Shown: piece by piece, positions 57,905 to 64,000 of the stretch
How positions within the stretch are numbered: the first letter of the stretch is position 1
Layout: each line of letters begins with the position of its first letter
Assembly (NCBI GenBank): GCA_016707705.1
Contig: JADJHD010000004.1
Span: 24,960-88,959, forward strand
Reading direction: 5' to 3'
Length of the DNA stretch: 64,000 bases
Origin: Bacteroidales bacterium
GTDB taxonomy: Bacteria; Bacteroidota; Bacteroidia; Bacteroidales; UBA4417
Notes under the pieces: generated by a model
What the model was told of the DNA's origin: nothing
Seen by the model: the letters and a program-made list of their open reading frames with translations, nothing else
The model's database searches: none
Program-made: the position numbers and the translations under genes

Positions 57905-58146
57905 TTTTGCTATTGCGGATTTCTGATTTCTGGTTTCGGATTGCGGATTGCGGATTTAAAGTTGCGAATTGCTCGAATTGGTGATTTTGGATATGAGTGT
58001 TCAAGGTTTGTGGAAAGCACTTTTGTCTTTTGTCCTTTTTCCGCCAGCTGGCGGATTATCTTTTGTCTTTGTCCTTTTATCTTTTGTCTTTTGTCTTTGT
58101 CCTTTTATCTTTTGTCTTTGTCCTTTTATCTTTTGTCTTTTTAATT
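57905..58146. repeat. intergenic modular repeat locus L8 (GGATTGCGG stutter, hairpin, CTTTTGTC stutter)
   Basis: GCGGATTTCTGATTTCTGGTTTCGGATTGCGGATTGCGGATTT 57915-57957; TCCGCCAGCTGGCGGA 58040-58055; stutter 58019-58146. Confidence 0.88.
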
Positions 58147-58593
58147 TTATCTTTTTACCTTCTCCACCAACCTCACCCTTTCTACCACCATCCCCTTATC
58201 CACAGCCTTACACATATCATACACTGTGAGAAGTGCCACGGAAACAGCGGTCAGGGCTTCCATTTCAACACCGGTTTGTCCGATGCAATGAACCTCGCTT
58301 CTTGCAATCACGCCATTCTCAAGCAGTTCAAGCTTGACATCAACCTTAGTCAGCAGAAGGTTATGACAGAGCGGAATCAGGCTTGCCGTTTGCTTAGCAG
58401 CCTGTATTCCTGCAATCTGAGCAACAGTGAGCACATCACCCTTCTTCATATTGTTATCCTTCACCAGCTGAATGGTTTCCGGCGCAAGCAGAATTGTTCC
58501 TTCAGCCTTGGCTATCCGTAGCTGTGAGGGCTTATCACCCACATCCACCATGTTTGCCTTTCCTTCAGAATCGGTATGTGTTAACTTTGACAT
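58147..58593 (-). CDS. moaC: cyclic pyranopterin monophosphate synthase MoaC (C-terminus apparently shortened)
   Basis: 148 aa; [37 protein letters not shown] motifs. Confidence 0.87.
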   Translation of the reverse strand: MSKLTHTDSEGKANMVDVGDKPSQLRIAKAEGTILLAPETIQLVKDNNMKKGDVLTVAQIAGIQAAKQTASLIPLCHNLLLTKVDVKLELLENGVIARSEVHCIGQTGVEMEALTAVSVALLTVYDMCKAVDKGMVVERVRLVEKVKR

Positions 58594-58653
58594 TCTGCAG
58601 TGATTAGTTGTGTTTTATTTGAAGCCTGACTTTCGTGAAGTACAGGTCGTTTC

Positions 58654-59454
58654 TTATCCTCCGATATTGTAAAATTCCCCGGTGCTATTGATGGTTCCAC
58701 AGGCAGGTTTATTCTCCAGTGCCAGTTCAATTGCTTTTCTTGCCCCCAGCTGCCTGACATTATACTCCAGGTCATTGAAAAGGCAGGGCTTTACCATTCC
58801 GTTGGCAGTAAGCCTGAGCCGGTTGCATCGGGCACAATCACCGCCACTACCTCCATGAACCACATAAAATTCGCCATTTTCGAGGTCCATTTCACGAATG
58901 TATCTTATCTGAAGATTATTCTTACGGCAATACTCAGCAACCTGCCTGGCCTGAAGTTCATCTGGCGACTGCCTGATCACACAGTTTATCTTTATAGGGT
59001 CTAACCCGGCATTTCTGGCTGCTTCAATTCCTTTCATCACCTTCAGAACATCGCCTCCTCGGGTGATTTTTCTGAATTGTTCGGGGTCAACCGAATCAAG
59101 ACTGATATTCACTCTTTGCAAACCTGCTTCCTTCAGTGGAAGGGCAAATTCCTCCAGCAGAATTCCATTGGTCGTCATGCTCAGGTCCAGTATTCCCGGG
59201 ACTTCAGCAATCATCCTGACAAGGGATACAATGCCTTTTCGCACCAGTGGTTCGCCTCCGGTTATACGCACCTTGTCAACCCCAATGCTGACCGCGTGCC
59301 TGACCACTTCCAGAATCTCTTCAAAGCTCAGGATATCCGCATGGCTGATCATAGTGATTCCTTCTGCCGGCATGCAGTATTCGCAGCGGAGGTTGCAACG
59401 GTCGGTGACCGAGATGCGGAGGTAATTAATATGCCGGTTATAGGAATCGAACAT
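58654..59454 (-). CDS. moaA: GTP 3',8-cyclase MoaA (radical SAM), short form
   Basis: CNLRCEYC radical-SAM motif, C-terminal cluster CARCNRLRLTANGMVKPC, terminal GG. Confidence 0.87.
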   Translation of the reverse strand: MFDSYNRHINYLRISVTDRCNLRCEYCMPAEGITMISHADILSFEEILEVVRHAVSIGVDKVRITGGEPLVRKGIVSLVRMIAEVPGILDLSMTTNGILLEEFALPLKEAGLQRVNISLDSVDPEQFRKITRGGDVLKVMKGIEAARNAGLDPIKINCVIRQSPDELQARQVAEYCRKNNLQIRYIREMDLENGEFYVVHGGSGGDCARCNRLRLTANGMVKPCLFNDLEYNVRQLGARKAIELALENKPACGTINSTGEFYNIGG

Positions 59455-60634
59455 CCACTAAAGTTCCTTTCTTGATTTCATTAACTCCCAGCTCAACTGA
59501 TATGATTCCATCGGCATGAATATAGGAATGGATATGTGCTGAACCATGATATTCAACCCTCCCAATTTCCCCGTTTGTCTGGAGGACTACAGGAATAAAG
59601 GCTTTACGATCAGTACGCTTGCGCTGATAATCGAAACCCAGCGGCAGCTGATATGTTCTTTCTGAATCCAGATTGCCTCTCATTACATTCATCAGGTGCC
59701 TTACCATGAGTTCAAACTGTACAAAGCTGGAAACAGGATTTCCGGGAAGAGCAAACAGGTATTTCTCATTTCTGCAGGCAAATATGCTGGGTTTCCCCGG
59801 CTGGACTGCAAGAGAGCGGAACCTGATATCAAAACCGGCATTTTTAAGGACAGCTGGAACGAAATCAAAATCACCAACCGAAATACCTCCGGTTAAGATT
59901 GTTATATGATTTTCGGCAACGGCTTTTTCAATGAGAGCCAATGTGTCTTCTTCATTATCGATGGCAATGCCGTAATATTTGGGAATACAACCGGCCTTCT
60001 GAGCTTGCCCGATCAGTTGCCATGCATTGCTGTTGCGGATTTGTGCTGCCCCGGGAACCTGATGCGGCTCAACAAGTTCATCACCCGTTGTAATAATTCC
60101 AAGACTGAACTTTTCATACACCAGCGGCTCAGATGCACCAACTGAAGCCAAAACTGCAATTTCCTGTGGTTTGAGCAATGTCCCTTTGTCGAGAACTTTA
60201 TTGCCTTTCACAATATCTTCAGCCTTGTAGCAAATGTTTGCTGCTGATTTTGCTCCGGTAAACCTGATCAGATTGGTTGAGATGGTTTCCACATCTTCAA
60301 TCATAATAACCATATCAGCACCTTCGGGTAACTTTCCACCTGTCATCAGTTTCGAGCATTCACCTGAACCAATGATGAACTGAGCTTCTTTACCAGCAGC
60401 AATAATTTCCAATACCTTCATCTCTTTTTCCAGGTCTTCCCTGCGGCAGGCATATCCATCCACTGCTGATTTATCGAACGGTGGCATATCCATGTCCGAG
60501 AAAATATCTTCCGCCAATACCTTGCCCAGGCATTCGGTTAGGGATACCTTTTTAGTCGACATAGGTCTGGCTGCTTGTTCAATGAGTGCGAGGGCTTCTT
60601 CGAATCGGATCATTGTGTTTTTGAAAGTGGACAA
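59438..60634 (-). CDS. moeA: molybdopterin molybdenumtransferase MoeA
   Basis: 398 aa, MoeA domains (ITTGDELV, ILTGGISVGDFDF, LPGNPVS). Confidence 0.87.
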   Translation of the reverse strand: MSTFKNTMIRFEEALALIEQAARPMSTKKVSLTECLGKVLAEDIFSDMDMPPFDKSAVDGYACRREDLEKEMKVLEIIAAGKEAQFIIGSGECSKLMTGGKLPEGADMVIMIEDVETISTNLIRFTGAKSAANICYKAEDIVKGNKVLDKGTLLKPQEIAVLASVGASEPLVYEKFSLGIITTGDELVEPHQVPGAAQIRNSNAWQLIGQAQKAGCIPKYYGIAIDNEEDTLALIEKAVAENHITILTGGISVGDFDFVPAVLKNAGFDIRFRSLAVQPGKPSIFACRNEKYLFALPGNPVSSFVQFELMVRHLMNVMRGNLDSERTYQLPLGFDYQRKRTDRKAFIPVVLQTNGEIGRVEYHGSAHIHSYIHADGIISVELGVNEIKKGTLVDVRFL

Positions 60635-60916
60635 AGATAATCATAAGCCAATGAACATAATTGATTCACATTTTCAAATTGATGAGAAGTATAACTGCTT
60701 ATCCATTAGAAATTTAATCTGCATTTCCATTATTCTGAATTCATAAATATGGATTGTTTCAGATAATAGAACTGCCTGATACTTCATCATCCACCAGCCT
60801 ATTTATTGCAGTTTTTCTGATTTTCATTATCTTTGAGGTAAATGCTGCAAGTAAGAGGGATTTCATGATAGTACTCTTGATTTGACCTGAATCTGAAAAA
60901 GCTTCATAAAGAAAAA

Positions 60917-61414
60917 ATGAAAATCAGACTACGTCCCTGGAGCATGGACGATCTTCTCAGCCTGGTGAAATATGGTGACAATCCGAAAATCTTTCGGAAT
61001 ATGTCGGATGGGTTCCCATTTCCATATACTGAAGCCAAAGCCAGAATTTATATTGAAAAAGTCAGCAACGATTTGCCGCTTAAAGCATTTGCAATAGATT
61101 TGAATGGAGAAGCGATTGGCAGCATTGGAATTCACATTCAATCTGATATTCATCGCCGGAATGCAGAACTGGGCTATTGGATAGGAGAGCCATTCTGGGG
61201 AAAGGGGGTTATTACTCAGGCAATTCAGGATATTGTTAGATACTCATTCCTGAATTTCGAGATAGACAGGATTTTTGCCCGTCCTTTCAGCTCCAATCCA
61301 GCTTCTCACCATGCTCTTGAAAAGGCTGGATTTATTCTGGAAGCCAAATTCAACGGCACATTGATAAAGAATGGAGAAATTCTGGATGAATACATTTATG
61401 CGATCCGGCGATAA
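60917..61414 (+). CDS. GNAT-family N-acetyltransferase (RimJ/RimL-like)
   Basis: 165 aa; LGYWIGEPFWGKGV and NPASHHALEKAGF motifs. Confidence 0.8.
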   Translation: MKIRLRPWSMDDLLSLVKYGDNPKIFRNMSDGFPFPYTEAKARIYIEKVSNDLPLKAFAIDLNGEAIGSIGIHIQSDIHRRNAELGYWIGEPFWGKGVITQAIQDIVRYSFLNFEIDRIFARPFSSNPASHHALEKAGFILEAKFNGTLIKNGEILDEYIYAIRR

Positions 61415-61460
61415 TCCTGATGATAATTTACTCTGAGTCCTCACCTTAAACTCTTGAACC

Positions 61461-62090
61461 ATGAAACGTTTCCTCTTCACAGTAATCATCCTGCTCGGAT
61501 TTCTAAGTCTGAAAGCGCAGATCAGAGGTGTAACAGAATTCGGTGAATCAATAATGCTTTATGATGATGGTACCTGGGAATACATTTCAGATAGCATCGA
61601 AACAGCTGAGATACCTGTAAATGCTACTCCCTATTTCAAAAGCAAAGCCTCTACATTTTTATACAAAAGCGAAAAACTGAATATCGGATTATATAGTGAC
61701 CCGGCGAAATGGGTTCTGGAGGAAAAAAATGATGCTGATGTTGCAGAGTTCACCTTCAGGATGAAAAATGAGGACTTATATGCGATGATTATCAACGAAA
61801 AATTGGATGTTAGTCTTGAAAATATGCGTGAGATCGCCCTTATGAATGGTAGGACAGTAGCTCCCGACCTGGTTCTGGAAGCTCAGGAGATGAGGACGGT
61901 TAACGGAATGCAGGTGCTTATGCTGCAAATGACAGGAACTATTCAGGGAATGAAGTTTAAGTACTATAATTACTACTACACCAGTCCTGAAGGAGCAACC
62001 CAATTCCTGACCTACTGCAGTGAGAATATGTTTCCAACGTATAAAAACGACATGGAAGTCCTGCTGAATGGACTTGTAGTGCCTAAATAA
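61461..62090 (+). CDS. hypothetical secreted protein
   Basis: Signal peptide MKRFLFTVIILLGFLSLKAQ; no family recognised. Confidence 0.5.
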   Translation: MKRFLFTVIILLGFLSLKAQIRGVTEFGESIMLYDDGTWEYISDSIETAEIPVNATPYFKSKASTFLYKSEKLNIGLYSDPAKWVLEEKNDADVAEFTFRMKNEDLYAMIINEKLDVSLENMREIALMNGRTVAPDLVLEAQEMRTVNGMQVLMLQMTGTIQGMKFKYYNYYYTSPEGATQFLTYCSENMFPTYKNDMEVLLNGLVVPK

Positions 62091-62096
62091 ATCTGA

Positions 62097-63359
62097 CTAT
62101 TTTATTGAATCGAACCAGAGTATGCTGCTGATTCCCCAAGGAATCAGTCCGCTTTCATGGGTCGCACCCGGAATTGGATTCAGTGAGACTTTTGAAGAAC
62201 TGACGCCGAGTGAAAGGAATGCGTTGTACATTATATCCGACTGTACAGGCGGTACATTCAAATCAGAAGTTCCATGATAGAACCTTATGGTTGCTGAAGG
62301 ATTCCATGCCTCCAGACTATTTGCAGCCATGGCCGTCCTGAGAGATGCAAATTCGCTGCCGCTTCCGAGGTTAAGCCTCATGTTTTCGGCAAGCAGCATG
62401 GCAATGGTGTCGTTTAGCTGCTCATTCACCTGGGTATTGGTGAAACTTCCGTCGAAAAGTCCCGGAATCAGGGATGCGTAAGGCTCATTAAAGTAAGTTT
62501 CCAGAGGCTCTGAGATGTCTCCGGCTGTAATTTTGGAATAGATAAAGTAAGGAAGGTAAAGTGGACCCGGGAAGGTCTGCTGCTGAAGCACATAATTCGA
62601 AAGGGCAGGAATATCGTAGGCTCCGGCACCACAGGATGCTGCTTCAACAGGAATACTGTCAGGATAGGAGGTTTCAAGATTCTTTAGAGATGCCAGTGTA
62701 GCCCATCCACCCTGACTGTAACCCATCAGGTAATGTTTGCCATTGCTGCCTGCTTTCACACTAACATCATCAACCAACTCATGTGCAGCCATAATCAGGT
62801 GGCTGACTGCATCATTGGTTGCGGTTTTATCGTAATAGGGGTGGAGCATATTGCTGGAAGATCCGAAACCCGGATAATCGGCAATAGTCACGATATAGCC
62901 ATGGCTGGCCATCATTTCGATTAGTGTATAAAGAGGATCGGCAGGATTAACGGTTGGGGCATTGAACTTATAGGTATTGGTGCCATTCTGGAAGCTCAGA
63001 ATAGGGAAGGACTCATCGGAGGATGGAATGCAAACCAATCCGGATGCAGTAATCGGGTTCCCCTTGAAATTCATTTTATAAGTGACGCTGTATAGGTCGA
63101 ATCCGTACTTTACGTCTGCTACCAGGGTGTCGATCCCCGGATAGGCGGCATTCATGCTGCCCAGCAATATTTTTATAAACGAAGCACTGTAATTATTGAT
63201 TTTTTCAAAATGAACAAGGTAATTCCTGTTAGAGTTTACCGGGTCTTCATTCTTTTGGCATCCTGTAAAGAATAGTGCAGAACTGATCAGCAGAATGGAA
63301 GCAAGAACGGATGCCCTGTTTCTGAATACTTTGGAAGAAATGCGAAGGTTTGGGTTCAT
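62097..63359 (-). CDS. alpha/beta-hydrolase lipoprotein, secretory-lipase-like
   Basis: Lipobox FFTGC; nucleophile elbow GYSQGG; 420 aa. Confidence 0.5.
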   Translation of the reverse strand: MNPNLRISSKVFRNRASVLASILLISSALFFTGCQKNEDPVNSNRNYLVHFEKINNYSASFIKILLGSMNAAYPGIDTLVADVKYGFDLYSVTYKMNFKGNPITASGLVCIPSSDESFPILSFQNGTNTYKFNAPTVNPADPLYTLIEMMASHGYIVTIADYPGFGSSSNMLHPYYDKTATNDAVSHLIMAAHELVDDVSVKAGSNGKHYLMGYSQGGWATLASLKNLETSYPDSIPVEAASCGAGAYDIPALSNYVLQQQTFPGPLYLPYFIYSKITAGDISEPLETYFNEPYASLIPGLFDGSFTNTQVNEQLNDTIAMLLAENMRLNLGSGSEFASLRTAMAANSLEAWNPSATIRFYHGTSDLNVPPVQSDIMYNAFLSLGVSSSKVSLNPIPGATHESGLIPWGISSILWFDSIK

Positions 63360-63776
63360 AGCCGAAAAGTTATCAAGTTATACTGTATTGCTGATTCTCT
63401 TGTACTGTCAGTTCAAAAAAACAATTTCATGCACCAGATTGTTTTATAATAGATGATGATGAAATAGCAACTCAATCTTAAATATGGTGAAGCCAAACAA
63501 AAACCGTATTGAATTTTGCCTGAACTGTTCATCAATAGAATACTTTAAAGATACGCAGTTTAAGTTGATTATTAGGTTGTTGGCTGATAGAACTGATAAG
63601 ATTTAAAAGATGTTTTCGTCTTACACTTCTAAGAAAATGAACAGCCAACATACAATACGGTACAATTAATTTAATGTTTTGCCGTTTCTGAGATACCAAG
63701 CAATTAGCTCACCGAATAACTGACAGAGCATCCCAGGTATGGTGATAATCTGTTTAAAACCCTCAAAACCAAATAT

Positions 63777-64000
63777 ATGAAAATGTTCAAAAAGATCACA
63801 AATTTCTTACCGCTCTTCACATTGGTTCTTGTTACTATGCTGGTTGTTTCCTGCAAGAAGGACAAGGATGAGACTCAGACAGCTCCAGCTCTTCCTCCTC
63901 AGTCAGGCTTTGTGATGAACTTCACCGACTTTTCAAGTGCCGATACCCTCAAGTCAGCTGCCCAGGTTGATACCTATGGCAATTATGGCTACTCCTATCT
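63777..64000 (+). CDS. hypothetical lipoprotein, 3' end outside window
   Basis: ATG 63777; MKMFKKITNFLPLFTLVLVTMLVVSCKKDKDE lipoprotein signal; frame open to window end; absent from ORF track because no stop in window. Confidence 0.5.
   Translation, partial: MKMFKKITNFLPLFTLVLVTMLVVSCKKDKDETQTAPALPPQSGFVMNFTDFSSADTLKSAAQVDTYGNYGYSY

Noticed and set aside
51743-58146. Integron-like cassette array with the palindromic repeats as attC sites
   Set aside because: There is no integrase. The genes between repeats are housekeeping and not uniformly oriented. The repeats are far longer and more composite than attC sites, and I could not identify the RYYYAAC...GTTRRRY core pair. The GTTAG/CTAAC words are part of low-complexity stutter.
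58581-58775. 64-aa ORF bridging moaC and moaA
   Set aside because: It overlaps the 3' end of moaA and the 5' end of moaC in another frame, and has no independent support.
60635-60916. Moco riboswitch upstream of the moeA-moaA-moaC operon
   Set aside because: The leader is AT-rich and I could not find the GC-rich conserved segments expected of the Moco RNA motif. A covariance-model scan would be needed for certainty.

Overview
Chromosomal segment from a Bacteroidota-type genome, judged from a T9SS PorW/SprE-like lipoprotein, a type-B C-terminal-domain cargo protein, many lipoproteins, and TAnnTTTG-like -7 boxes upstream of some genes. Coding content is mostly housekeeping. It includes a complete 14-gene NADH:quinone oxidoreductase operon nuoA-N on the minus strand (3.2-16.6 kb). 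It also includes LPS and sugar-nucleotide genes (waaA, DegT-family aminotransferase, hexapeptide acetyltransferase, galE, rfbB, LpxL-family acyltransferase). Other genes are an acyl-CoA synthetase, fabD, an aldo-keto reductase, BI-1/YccA, folE, queD, bactofilin, an M23 peptidase, dxr, rseP, a MoxR ATPase, three SurA/PpiD-like chaperones, guaB, two M16 peptidases and a beta-propeller/phosphoesterase fusion. A molybdenum-cofactor cluster is present (moeA-moaA-moaC ... MOSC-mogA). I recognised no rRNA, tRNA, CRISPR array, transposase, integrase or phage gene. The unusual content is non-coding. At least eight gene junctions (about 2.7 kb in total) are filled by one modular repeat family. Its modules are a GC hairpin TCCGCC-N4-GGCGGA (amplified in places into perfect 39-bp tandem arrays), a ~45-bp palindromic block centred on GCTACTTGCAA, two further conserved blocks, and long strand-asymmetric stutter tracts of 5-15-nt words. 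The same word family forms inverted arms around a four-helix-bundle (23S-rRNA-IVS-protein/Avd-like) gene inserted inside the nuo operon between nuoJ and nuoK. That links the repeats to an IVS-like gene cassette. I do not recognise this family as a named element. Three genes (waaA, MOSC-mogA, the phosphoesterase C-terminus) are broken by 1-nt shifts at 4-5-nt homopolymers, which looks more like consensus error than biology. The first ~1 kb is AT-rich and compositionally different from the rest.
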